Shown here one piece after another: positions 27,951 to 41,260 of a DNA stretch of 64,000 nucleotides. Every line of letters starts with the position of its first letter. Position 1 is the first letter of the stretch. The notes under the pieces were generated by a model. That model did no database searches and was not told the origin of the DNA. It worked only from the letters and a program-made list of their open reading frames with translations. The translations under genes and the position numbers were made by a program. The stretch is from positions 184,450,001-184,514,000 of the forward strand of contig JBITNC010000001.1 in the NCBI GenBank assembly GCA_050084985.1, in the 5' to 3' direction. The DNA comes from Nageia nagi (taxonomy: Eukaryota > Plantae > Pinophyta).

Positions 27951-29199
27951 GTGGTTACTATAAATTAAAAGTAAAATTTAGGGCATGAATCAAACATTTT
28001 AAAATTTTGAAATAAATGTAAATGATTTGTAGTAGAAAAATTTGTAGACCATCCTAGATGATACCATCAAGAGGAGATCTCATATTCATATGCTCAGATG
28101 ACCTGTCAAATTATTTTCTTATTCATATACATATATTATTTATTTATTTTCATTTTTATTCATTAATAAAAAAATCCTAAACCATATCTTATGAAATTGT
28201 AGATCATTTTGGATAGTACCACTATGTGGAGATCTCTACCAACAGGGGCATGATGACCATCGTGGTATGCATTCTTAATTTATTATATTGAAGTTATTTT
28301 GCCATATGCTTATGGTTTTTCCTCTTTTATTATATACCTAGGGTTGTTTCACTCCACAACATGTGATAGAAGTACATTTTTAAAGAGTCTTTGATTTATT
28401 TATAAACCTTATTATAAATTTCCCAATTTGGGGTATTATTCGAGAATGTTTAGGATTTAGGGTAATTAAACTAATTTCCCATTGTATTTTTATCACTATA
28501 GATATTATTTATTTTTAGCTAATAATATGAATTGTGTATGTTAGATTAAATATATAATTATTATTGCAAAGTGGTTAACCCTAAACTAAAGTCCATAATC
28601 TCTTTGTTATTCATAATTTTAGTCCAATTACTAAATTTTTCTTACTCTAGCTTGTAAATTATCTGTAAGCTTGGAATAAACTTCTAAACCCTTTATATTT
28701 ATAAGTCTTAACCTATAATTTAGGGTTTATTTTTCAATTATAGGAACCATAATTCTCTTGATATTAATAATTAGATGTAAAAGAAATATGCTTTTGATGA
28801 GTCTTTCATGTATTCATAAATCTTGTTGTAATTTCCTAGTTTGGAGCATTGTTTGAGAATTTTGGAAAATGTGAATTGAAAATGTTCAAATTTTGCTATT
28901 GTTTGTTGCATTCCATCTCTTATGAGGAAAACATTTACCCTTTTGTGAACTTCAATATAACTACATCTAGGTATATTTTTGATTCCCTAATCTTTCATCA
29001 ATTTCATTACTCCTTCATCATCATTCTAGTTTCCCACTTTAGTATAAAAATTTGAAAGAAGAACATAAGATGGAGCATATTTAGTCTCCAAAAAATAAAA
29101 TATTACTACCACAAATGCCTTAATTCCTACATTCTTATGTGATGTAAAAGCACCAAAAGACAAACATCTAGTGCTTCTTAGAAATAAATTTCATAGCTA

Positions 29200-32100
29200 A
29201 CACAAGTGCTTCATCAGGTGAAAGAGTTTAAGGGCATCCTTGTTGTAGCCTTGAATTACATATCCTCTAATCATTTTATTCCATAAAAATATTCCACCCT
29301 TAGATTAATCAACTTTTAATATAAGAGCCTATGATAGTTCATCCAAAAAACCACTTGGCTTAGTTACACTACTAGTCAAATTGGATATTAGGACTATCTA
29401 AACAAACTTTCATGTTATGAGTGGAAAATTTTCATATAATATTCTCCTAGGGAGATCTTGATTACATGATATGGATGTAATACCTTCTACAATTCATGGC
29501 CATTTAAAATATGAATATGAAGGATACACATAGTCATAGGGGATCCAAAACCATATGCACTATGTAATCTAGCAGATTTGGATATTGATGGATTGGATTT
29601 AAATTTTTTTAAATTTCATATTGTTCCAAAATAAGTTTAATAAACATTAATAAAAGTATAAAAAAGAGATAAAAGTTGTATATGCAACTATGGGAACATA
29701 CATAATTGAGAACCTTGACCTGTTAGCTTTAGTGAAATATTTAGGTCAATTAAAAATTAAAAATTATTTTTAATGTACACATCATGCTGAGGGAAATTTA
29801 GGGCACCCACATTATGAAAATGAAGGGTAGATGAGTAGTTCTTATTCAGCAGAATCCCTCTCCCTAAACCCTATTTATTAAAAAAATGATACAACAAAGA
29901 TAAATATGGGTAATTCTTTTCCATATCCTTTTATGCATAAATATATGGTTAACGATTGCAAATACAAAAGGGGAGGATTAGGAAAATTAGAATAAGGGAT
30001 TCCCTTTTTTCACACCAATCTAGGAGTTTAGAAAGATAAAAAATGTTTAGGTAGTGATCCAAACACAAAACAAACTATAGGACCTATTAAGTTTGTAATA
30101 GAGTGCAATATGATTGATCTTTATGATGATATTGATGAGGATTTATGGATATATGATACTATACCACTTGATTTTGATTTCTTTTCTACTAATGATGACA
30201 TATTATAATACATGGGGGCACATTGATAATTGCCCAAATCAAATAAAAAAAGGCAACCAAATTGTGCCCTTATTCAATATGGATACTTTGGACAAGAAAT
30301 AAATTTTAATGAAGTGTTTTAGGTTCATCAAATTGATGAATGTTAATGATCAAGAGGATTAGAGGAATTACCTTCATTATTATAGAGGAAAGGGGATCAA
30401 CATTCTTTTCTAAAGCATTGATTCATGTCAACATTGACATAAGTGACCAAGAGAGGTTGATAAAAATTGGAGCTACCCTTCCAATACCACAACAAGAAAG
30501 GTACAAAAACAAGTTTATTGAATGCAAAAAGAAATTTTTTTGGTATTATTTTTTCATGTTTGGTTTATACATATCCTTTATAATGTATATTTTACCATTT
30601 AAAAAATATGCAAAATATGTTAAGAAAAAACCAAGGAAGATGCATCCATCAAAAGCATTGTTAGTAAAGAAAGAAATTGAAAAAATATTTGAATTTTAGT
30701 TTTATTAGACCTATAGATTTTTTAGAAAAGATAACTAACATTGTTCCTATCACCAAACCAACTAGATAAATAAGAATCTATATTGATTTTAGAGATATAA
30801 ATAACACATGCCTAAAAGATGATTTTCCATTATAAAATATTTACGTGATTGTGGATAGTATTGTTGGTCATGATACCTTATATTTTATGGATGGTTTTTC
30901 AGGTTATAATTAGATCTTTATCAATTCAATTGATCAAAATAAAATAAGCTTTACTACACCTTAGATAAAATTTTGTTGGAAATTTATACCATTCAAATTG
31001 AAAAATATAGGTGCAACTTATCAATGTGCAATAGTGACCATGTTTCATGAGAAAATTCATAAATATGTAGAGGTTTATGTTGATGATATCTTGGTAAAAT
31101 CTAAATAGGTACATGATCACTTAGAGCTCATTAAAGAGGTATTTGACATTCTTAAGAAATACAATCTCAAGTTAAAATCATAAAAGTCTACTTTTGGTAT
31201 CACTTTAGAAAAATTATTAGGATTCATGATTTTTAAAAGAAGTATTGAGGTGGATCCCAAGAAGGTAAATGCAATTGTAAGTATGCCATCTACAAATAAT
31301 TTGAAGCAATTAATAAGTATACAAGGTAAGATAAATTCTATAAGAAAATTTATTTTGCAACTTAGAGATAAGTGTTTACCTTTTGCTCATTTGTTGAAAA
31401 AGGATATAAAATTCATATGGGATGAAAAATATCATAAAGCATTTGAGGATATAAAATAGTATTTTCTTAACCCTCCTATTTTAGTACTAATGGATTTTAG
31501 CAAGGAAGCATAGCTCTACATTTCAAATACAATGGTTTCCTTAGGGGAAATGTTATGCCAGCAAGATGATGAAAAGAATTAGAGAGCAATCCACTGTCTC
31601 AACAAAACTATCATCAATTATGAAACAAGGTACACCCCCATGGAAAAACTTTGCTTTAGTATAGTTTTTGCAATTAAAAAAATTGAGGTATTATTTTTTA
31701 TATTGTACCACATATGTTGTTATTCATTAATCCATTGAAATATCTCATAGCTAAATAAAATTTGTAAAGAAGAGTAGCAAAATGGTTAATGTTGTTGCAA
31801 GAATTTGATATCAATATGGTTAAAAAAAATCAATAAAAGGCCAAGAAATAGTGGATTTGATAGTATAATTCCCTCATAATGATGGGTAAATTGTACATGA
31901 ACAATTTTTAGATGATTATGATTAGTATATTCCTCCTTTAGAGCATGAGCGATGTGGTGGTGTGCATCCATACTATAGTGATCAATGGGAGATTCTAGAT
32001 GATTTTATCTATTACATAGAAGATGGAACAAAGACACGGGCTTTAGATTTTGATAGTTCTAAATATACACATGGGGTAGGAGTAGCTATTATACTAACAA

Positions 32101-33670
32101 CATGGTAGAGTATGAAGAATTACTATTAGTTCTAAGAGTAGCTACATTGCTAAAAATTAGATAATTGAATATATTTGGTGATTCCAAACTTGTGGTTAAC
32201 CAAGTTGAATACATATACAATACAAAGGATGAGAATTTAAAACCATATAAACTAGCAATTTTTGATTTATTAAATCATTTTATAAGTATACAATTGAGAG
32301 TATTCCAAGAAAAAATAATAAGTATGATGATGTAATGAAAAGTGTTGCTTCCTTGATTCCCATAGATATAGAAGATGAAGAAAAAATCCTCAAAATTAAA
32401 AAGCTAGGATAGCCATCTTACTTATTTGGAGAATAAGTAAAAGTATATTACTTAAAACAAGAAGGGAATTTCCCATATTGGTATGTAAATGTTTATCATT
32501 ATCTCAAAGATCAAACTATTCTAGCACATTTTGATAGAAATGAAAAAGTCATATTAAAGAGGTCAGCTCTTAAATATGTCATTATTGATTATTTATTATA
32601 CAAGAGATCATTTGTTGGAGCTTTATTGAGATACCTAACACATCATGAAATAGAAACAACACTCCAACAAGGACATGAAGAAATATGTAGGGGCATTTCT
32701 TTGCAAAGGCTATATATACAATGCTTTTGTGTATATGATATTACTAGGCAATAATGGAGGATGATTGCAAAGATCATGTTAAGACTTGTTTACAATGCTA
32801 CAAACATTCAAATCTTGAGAAAAAACCAACACAAGAGTTAAACTCTAGAGAAGGGCATAAATTCACTATTACAACAACAAAATATATGATAAAATGGGTA
32901 GAGAAAATTCCTATGAAATTAGTATTGCAAGAAAAGATCATAAAATTCTTGATTGAGAACATCATCACAAGGTTTGGTGTCCCACAACATTTGATAATGG
33001 AAAATGGGTAAAACTTTAAAGGTAATAAAATGAAATATTTTTGCAAAAAGTTTCATATTAACCAAAAGTTTTATTCATTCTACTACCTACAAGGAAATGG
33101 ATAAGCATAAGAATAAGCATTTAATAAGATAATAAAGAATATACTATCAAAACTATGGGATAAATATAAGAGAGATTGGTATGAATAATTGCCTTATGCA
33201 TTATAGGCATACATGATAAGTGTAAGGATTGTAATAGGGAAAACTCCATTCTCATTGGTTTATGGTGATGAGGTTGTTGTGCCATTAGAGCTTAAGATTC
33301 TATCTTTGAGAATATCATTACAAGGATATATACAAGATGAAGATGCCATAAAAGCAAGGTTATAGCAATTAGAAGCTCTTGATGAAAAATAATTCATGAT
33401 CTTAAAAATAAAAAAGCATATCATGAAAGGTTAAAAAGAATTTTTAATAAGAATATCAAGCCAAAAAAATTCCAAGTAGGAGACTTGGTAGAAAACATCA
33501 ACAAGATTGCTATAAATGATGAGGTAAGGAAAATTTGAGCCAATTTGGTTAGGACCTTTTTTTGTAGTAGAAGCTATAGGATTAGGTGCATACAAGTTAT
33601 CTTACATGGATGTAAAAGAAAAACAAAACAACCTTAAATTCCACTCATCTTAAATGCTTCTATGCATGAA
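29200..33670 (+). pseudogene. Tat-lineage Ty3/gypsy pol: protease, G-patch-like, RT, RNase H, additional RNase H, integrase
   Basis: YNILLGRSWLH (protease); GGLGKLExGIP; DFRDINxxCxKDDFPL, FMDGFSGYN, VYVDDILVKS (RT); YTPMEKLC (RNase H); FDSSK..EYEELL..IFGDSKLVVNQV..IPRKNN (second RNase H); ENIITRFGVPQHLIMENG, TPFSLVYG, WLGPF (integrase). Confidence 0.92.
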
Positions 33671-33846
33671 GCATACAACTCCATGCATCAAAATTTAACA
33701 ATGCATCTAACTAAGATACGTGTACAATATATGATTATTTTTAATTTCAAGTTTTATTTTTCCTATTCAAATTATATTAGTGCTATATTTTTTGCTTGCA
33801 CATCACTAACACTATAATATTATAACAAAATAAAAAAATATCAAGC

Positions 33847-34200
33847 ATAATATCTTTAGATCAGGAACATAAAATGTTTGATTGTCGATGGTCAATGAAA
33901 TGACTAGTCAAAGTTCACTCAATTAAATGAAAAATGATGATGCAACTATTAGTAAGGATGTTGAAATTGGATTATACCCAATGAATTATGCACCTTACTA
34001 TGTATCCACATATAGTTATTCTTAAAACCATAAAAGAATAATATCTTTAGATCAAGGATATAAAACTCCTAATCATTGATGGCTAACGAAATAGCTAGTG
34101 AGGGTTCACTCACTTAAATGAAAATTGATGATGCAATTGTAAGTGAGAATGTTGATATTAGCTTATACCAAATGTATAATGCATCTCATTGTGTATCCAA
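33847..34200 (+). repeat. Direct duplication of ~190 bp in the gypsy 3' UTR
   Basis: 33847-34010 aligns with 34037-34200 (ataatatctttagatca..gttcactca.ttaaatgaaaa.tgatgatgcaa). Confidence 0.85.
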
Positions 34201-34667
34201 AAATCTACCAAATTTCTAACACCATATTGTATCACAAGGTATTTTTTAATCTAGTTTTTTTCTATAGGTTAAAAAAAAAAGAATTCAATGCATCCATACC
34301 ATTCGTAGTACGGAAAAAATGTTGTTGGCAACATTCAATATGCTTCAAAAAAAACTTGAATATTTAAATAAACTCCTTTGTATCAAGATAAGGACACTAA
34401 AATATTAATGTTCCAAGTAAAAAAATGGAGCAGTTAATTTCATGCTTGAGCATCACAAGGGGCAAAGTGAAATGATATTTTCTCTTGGCTACATTAACAA
34501 ATGAGATTTCCTAGGGAAACCAAACTAAAAGGGGGAAATTAAAATGACCTACATCATAATATCATGATACTAAATAAAGAGTTAAAAGTTCTCAAAACTT
34601 TGTTTTACTCTTCTTCTTTGGATATGTAACTTCATGTATTTCATTACACCTCCAAAGAGGGGCAAAA

Positions 34668-35345
34668 TATAGATACATAAAAAAGAAATCTCATTCATTA
34701 ATAATTCATTTTTGTTACATCAAGAGATATTTATTATAAAAAGGGGATGAAATACATCTAAGGAAATGTAATTAATGTAAAAGGATCACCAAACAATGTA
34801 AGTGTTACCAAATGCCTAAGAAGGCATCATAAACTATGTAATATATGATAATACCAAGACAAAGACAATATATAGATGTGGATATAAAATAATATCAAAA
34901 GAAAAGATTCATATATGAGAAGATCATTATTAAATGAATAGGAGAATTCTTGTATATCATACATTTGAACTATAATGTTGTTTTATAACACCACCTATCC
35001 ATAGATTTGTTATTATCCCTTCATCACATTTCTTATATTTACATTTTTACATCTAATTTTGAATGATTCATGATGTCAGTGGCATGCTAGCACTAGGAAA
35101 TCTCCATTATTATTTTGATGGTTATATGCATGGTGATTATGCAAAGAAATTTATTATGATTAGTATTGATAGATTTGATAAGGTACATTATTTATTACTG
35201 CAATAACTAGTATATTTTAGATGTATACTTCATTATTTTAGTTGTAGATATATAGTATCATGTTTATTGCATTATGCATTATTTCATATCTATAGTTTGC
35301 ATCATGTATACTAGGGAAATAAAAATCACATGTGATATAAAAACA
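34668..35345 (+). repeat. 3' LTR of the Tat element (PPT 34654-34663)
   Basis: aaagaggggcaaaa followed by tatagatacataaaaa; end approximate; no matching 5' LTR found. Confidence 0.65.
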
Positions 35346-36874
35346 CTTTTAATTAGTATTTTATGTATTTATAAACCCTATTGCAAGTTTATTCTTTGAA
35401 TATGTATCATTTTTTTGAATTGTAGGGAAGTTGCACTCATAATTTAAAAGTTTGTTGTTGAAATATCCTTGCCCATGATGGTATGTACCATATACGATAG
35501 ATATGATTTTTATTACTTTGTGTGGGTAGTACAAGTATATGTTGATCTTTTTTTTGATTCATTAGCATTGATTCATCATAGTATGTTATGGAAAACATCA
35601 TAGAACTTACTAAGAAGGAGTTTAGGAGCATGCATCGAACACCTAAAAATGGAGAGGTATACATAGATTCTAGTGTAGGAGAATGGATAACTATTGGTAA
35701 GGGTGATTGAATATAATAATTTTCCTTCTTAGGAAGTGTAATTTGGTCAATAATATTCAAAAGAATAACAAGCAAAGGTTAAATGATCATAGAAGCTAAG
35801 ATCATGATAGTGCAACACCAATTTCTCCTCTACCAAGAGGTTAGCCAATGGTATTTGTAATGCATCAACTTATAACAAAAATAAATATCTTACAAATAGG
35901 AAGGATATAAATAAGGTGTTGCAAAGATAATTTAATAGTAAATGTTATTGAGTGTTAGGAGGTCTCTATTTTTAGTATGATGTCAATGATAGGAATAAGT
36001 TTTTAGAACCAACCTTTATTGAAATGCAAAATAAATTAGAAGAATATAATTATCAATATAGGAAGAAAAAGAGAAAATTGGAACATTAAAAAAATGAATT
36101 CAAAGGGTTGTGTTAATTTTATCATACAAGGGAGGGTAATAAAACAATAGTTCACTAAGAATTTTTCAATTATTTTTTTCAAAAAAGTGTTGTTATTAGA
36201 TATTTATACAAATAGACAATATTGTTAATTGTTGACATCATAAATTGTCCACATCATGTACAAAATTTATCAAATATAGAATGATATTCACATAAAATTG
36301 ATGAATTAATTGTTGTATTGTAATTAAAATTCACATTAAATGTTAAAATATTATTTAATTTTGAATTAAATTAATGGCCTTCATTTTTTATACTATGGAC
36401 TATAAACTTCTACAAGTCTCTAATTTTATAGAGGCTCCTTTTTTGCATGTAATCTACATGATTATGTAAATATTGAAGGTCTTTACTTCTAATTGATTTG
36501 GAGTGCACAAAAAATGCTGGAGATGATAATGATGAGGTGAATGCCTTTTTATAACTATAATTGGCATTTACTAAAAAAAATGTTTGATAGTGAATTTAGT
36601 TGGTGGCCTTAATTTTTTATACTATGTTGTCTTAAAATTTAGAAGTATTTGAACTTATAAAGGCTAATTTTTCAACCATTTTGTTTACAATATTTCACAA
36701 TTACATGAGGGTCTTCACATAAAATTGAAGTAGACCCAAATTCAATTATTACAAATAATGATGATGATCAGGTAACTAAGTTTTATTTAAATTACACTTA
36801 GCATTAAGTGGAACTAAATTGTATAATTGTATTCACTTGATGGTCTCTAAAATATAATTATTTGACATGTAGGT

Positions 36875-37163
36875 AGGACTTGATAATAGTAGACCATTTG
36901 TCACCAAAAAGGATTAAAAGGTGCATCTACTTGACCCTCATGGTAATATAGTAGGGTCTAGAAATATGCACAATGATGATCTTGCTAGCACATACCATGT
37001 TACCACTATTGGAGAGGGGCATGTTTCCATAGAGGCGGTGACATATAATTTTAGTGATTACAAGCTAACCATACCTAATGGGGATGCTACTACATTGGGA
37101 GAAGCTTTTTGGGCTTTGTGTTATGGGACACTAAATTATTGCAACTCGATTGCCAACCTTTAG
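36875..37163 (+). pseudogene. DUF8039 / Tnp1-En/Spm-like domain exon
   Basis: VHLLDPHGNIVG..YHVTTIGEGHVSIEAV..LTIPNGDATTLGEA, preceded by a tgtag acceptor. Confidence 0.6.
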
Positions 37164-37719
37164 TTATAACCCAACAAGTATAATCATCCTACTTTTATAT
37201 AAATTTTTTACATAATTAATGATATTTTTATTTCATAATAAGTATTTTTTTAATCAACTATTCATTTCACTTCCCATGTAGCCAATGATGGAACAGAAGG
37301 AGAGGAACATGTAAGAGATTCAAAAATGCAAGAAATAAAGAGCAAACGAATGATGCAATATTTGCAAAGACCAATCATGATGACCATTGAAATACAAGAA
37401 ATGTATTACAAGAAGGAAATGTATCAACCATAATATTGGTAACAAAACCAAGACCCAATCTAGTTGAATTTGATTTAAATATTTTTTAAAGTAATATATA
37501 TCAATTCATCATTTTCTGTATGATATAGGATAACATGCATAAAGTAATGGAGCAAAAGGAGGATGTAAATAAAGGAATGGAGAAAAAGCAGGCTATGAAT
37601 GGAGGAGAAGGTCTTGAAGAGGTAGGGTTCCTAGAATAACATGTTGTAGATGTTGCAATTTAGACCTGGCCCACTACATAATTGATATAGGATGCCATAA
37701 ATACCATATAATAGGTATT

Positions 37720-40350
37720 CATCCACATTTTTAGGGAATATTTTTTATTTACTTCTACATTTTATGTACATGTATATCAGAACATTCACCACCATAATAA
37801 TCAATTAAAAGTCATTCCCAACTACTCTTTGATGGGTGTCCATACATTCTTCTAGAGCTCTTAGAGTGGCACATGATGGAGGAATGATGGAAAAGGTTGT
37901 AGAGTCTAATTTTATACTTGAAAATTGCATCTACCTAAAAGTATCTAGGGAATTTTCTAAAAACCCATCTTGTCCATATCTTATAACCATTACAATCCAT
38001 GAAACTGGGCTTGTATCATGCAACTTGTCAAATAATTCACTTTCCTTATATATGCTTCCACATTTTATTTACATGTATATATGGATATTCAACACCAAAA
38101 AATTGATTAAAATTCATTCCCAACTAATCTTTAATGGATTTCCATACATTCTTCTAGAGTTACCATGGTGGCACATTCTGGAGGGATGATGGAAAAGGTT
38201 GTAGAGTCTAGTTTTACACCTAAGAATTGTATTTACCTACAAGTATTTAGGGATTTTTCTAAAAAACCATATTTTTATTATCTTGAAATAATTTCAATCC
38301 ATGAAATTGTGTCTACATCATGCAAATTATCAAATAATTTGCTTACCTCATCTATCACTCCATATTTTACATACATGTATATTAGGCATTCACCACCATA
38401 ACATTTGATTAACATGTGGCACATGCTCAAAGAATGCTGATAAACATTTTAGATTTTAGTTTTGAACCTAAAAATTGCATTTGCCTACATGTATCTAGGG
38501 CCTTTTCTAAAAATCCATCTTGTGCATATCTTATGATCATTGCAGTCCATAAAACTATATCTGCATCATGCAACTTGATAAATAATTCACTTGCCTTATT
38601 TATTCTTTTGCATTTTATGTACATGTATATTAGGGCATTCACCACCATAACATTTGATTAAAATCCATTCCCAACAACTCTTTGATGTATGTCTATACCT
38701 TCTTCTAGATCTCCCATGGTGGCACATACACAAAGAATGCTGACAAAGGTTGTAGAGTCTGGTTTTGCACCTAAAAATTACATCTACCTATAATTCTCTA
38801 AGTCCTTTTCTAAAAATGCATCTTATGCATATCCTACAATCATTATATTCCATAAAATTATGTCTACAACATGCAACTTATCAAACAATTTGCTTACCTT
38901 TCATATGCTTCCACATTTTATGTACATGTATATCAATGCATTCACCACTGCAACATTCAATTAAAAGCCATTACCAACAACTCTTTTATGGATTTTCATA
39001 CCTTATTATATATATCCAAAGGTGGAACATTACAAAAGAATGCTACAAAAGGTTACAGAGTCTTATTTTATACCTAACAATTGCATCTACATACAAGTCT
39101 CTAGGGCCTTTTTTGAAAACCCATCTTGTGCATATCCTATGTTCCTTACAATACACAAAATTGTGTCTACATCATGTAACTTATCAAACAATTTTCTTAC
39201 CTTATCTATGTTTCAACATTTTGTGTACGTGTATATCAAGGCATTCACCATCACAAAATTTGATTAAAAGTCATTCCCATCAACTCTTTGATGGATGTCC
39301 ATAACTTCTTCCAAACCTTCCATGGTGGTACATGCCCCAAGAATGATGGAAAAGGTTACAAAGTCTAGTTTTACACCTATTTAGTGCATCTGCATATAAT
39401 TTTTTAGGGCCTTTTTTGAAAACCCATATTGCGCATATCCTATGATTATTGCAACCCACAAAACTATATTTGTATCATGCAACTTATTAAATAATTCCCT
39501 TGCCTTGTATATGCTTCCATATTTTGTATAGATGTACATTAGGTCATTCACCACCAAAACATTTGATTAAACTTCATTCCCAATAACTCTTTAATGGATG
39601 TACATGCCTTATTCTAGATCTTCCATGGTGGCATATGTGAAGAATGGTAGAAAAGATTGTAGAGTCTAGTTTTACACTTGATAATTGCATCTACCTACAA
39701 GTCTCTAGGGCCTTTTTTGAAAACCCATATTATGCATATCCTATGATAATTGTAGTCCATAAAATTATTTCTACATCATGCAACCTATTAAAAAATTCAC
39801 TTACATTGTCTATCCTTTCACATTTTGCATATATGTATATCAGGGCATTCACCACCACAACACTCGTTTAAGAGCCATTCTCAACAACTCTTTGATGGAT
39901 TTCCATACCTTATTTTGGATATCCCATTGTGTTACATTCCCAAAGAATGTTTAAAAAGGTTGTATAATATGATTTTACACTTGATAATTGCATCTACCTA
40001 CAAGTCTCTAGGGTCTTTTTTGAAAACCCATCTTGTGCATATCCTATGATCATTGTAATTTATGAAATTATGTCTACATCATGCAACATGTCAAATAATT
40101 CACTTTCCTTATCTATGCTACCACATTTTACACATATGTATATTAGGGAATTCACCACCATAATATTTTATTAACTCTTTAATGGATGTCCATACCTTCT
40201 TCCAAATCTCCCATGGTGGCACATGCCTAAAGAGTGCTAGAAAATGTTGTAGAGTATGGTTTTACACCTAATAATTACTTCCACATTTTGTATATATGTA
40301 TATCATGACATTCACAACCTCAAATTTTGATACAAAATCATTTCTAACTA
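37720..40350 (-). pseudogene. Tandem PLS-class pentatricopeptide repeat array, about nine ~303-bp (P-L-S) units
   Basis: VVNALIYMYIKCKRINKASELFIKLHDADIVLWTAMIIRYAQDGFLEKALDTCRQMQ..FISIL; unit starts near 37757, 38059, 38361, 38611, 38912, 39215, 39518, 39821 and 40122; many stops; no E/DYW domain seen. Confidence 0.92.
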
Positions 40351-40554
40351 TGTTTAACAACATTTAATGGTAGCCCTACTGTAACCATGCATTGCTACAT
40401 AGACAACATATTGACTTTAGAATATGCTATATTTTTTTTCCAATAGGTTTTTTTGAGTTTAAGGGAATCCTAATTTGCTTTGTTATGCACCTCAAAAGTA
40501 TAATGAGTAATAATATGTAGATTAAGATGATGCTAAATGTAGTGGTGTTGTTAT

Positions 40555-41260
40555 GGCCACATAGGAAAAATTTTATTTAACAAACTTGAATAAGAAACTT
40601 ATTCTAAAATATCACATATATTTCACATCGATAGACTAACAAGTTGGTGGAGGATCATGTGCTTGTTTAGTTTATTGTGTACTCATCATGGGTTGGTTAC
40701 ATGCAAACCCTAGTATTTTTCCTAACCAAAAACAACTTGATGAATTGATACAACATGAATGTGAAGAATGGAAAAGGCTGAAAGAGATTCCATCCTTGAA
40801 AGAAAAAATTAAATGCACTTTTTGATTTGGATTTCATTATTGAGTAGAAGTTGAATCCTATGACTGTGGACTTTATGAATTCTATATAGGGCTTACTTAA
40901 GCCAAAGGATGTGTTGGGAAAGTTTAAAATATTAGAAGAAAAAACTATTGATAAAATGTAGAATGAAATTTCAAATACTCCTAGAATTTACATAGTTTCA
41001 TGGGCTAATCATTTCTTCATTTTGAGAGTTGAATAAAATGCATGTTATATTTTTGATACTCTTAGTAAAATACTATATGAGAATTGTATTCAAAGATAAG
41101 TTTTAAAATTTAATGAAGAGACATAAGTGTGGGACCAAGAAAAACTAAAAAAAATGAGGATAAACACTATAATGTAGTAAAAAAGGATGAGTGTTGCAAA
41201 ATTTACTTTGCTATATTTTTAATAGATTCACATGTTCATGACTGGGGCATTGAATTTAAA
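40555..41260 (+). pseudogene. Homolog of the C-terminal domain of plant At3g11760/At5g04860-like proteins; possible papain-fold cysteine protease
   Basis: FTSID*QVGGGSCACLVYCVLIMGWL..LDELIQHECEEWKRL..FDLDFII..RIYIVSWANHFFILRVE*NACYIFDTLSKILYENCIQ..LKFNEET..ECCKIYF, collinear with remembered family motifs FASIDQ..GESACT, YIVSWNDHFFVLKVE, YIIDTLGERLYEGCNQ. Confidence 0.75.

Noticed and set aside
28450-28730. Scattered tttaggg/aaaccct telomere-like motifs
   Set aside because: Isolated single copies, common in plant TE and promoter DNA; not an interstitial telomere array.
33880-34110. Hammerhead-ribozyme-like gatg..gaaa core
   Set aside because: No CUGAUGA consensus and no convincing three-stem fold; kept only as a generic structured-repeat candidate.
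37836-40049. Repetitive plus-strand ORFs (MMEKVVES..)
   Set aside because: Antisense shadows of the minus-strand PPR repeats.
37720-40350. Functional host PPR editing-factor gene
   Set aside because: Multiple stops and deletions, and no start/targeting or E/DYW region.
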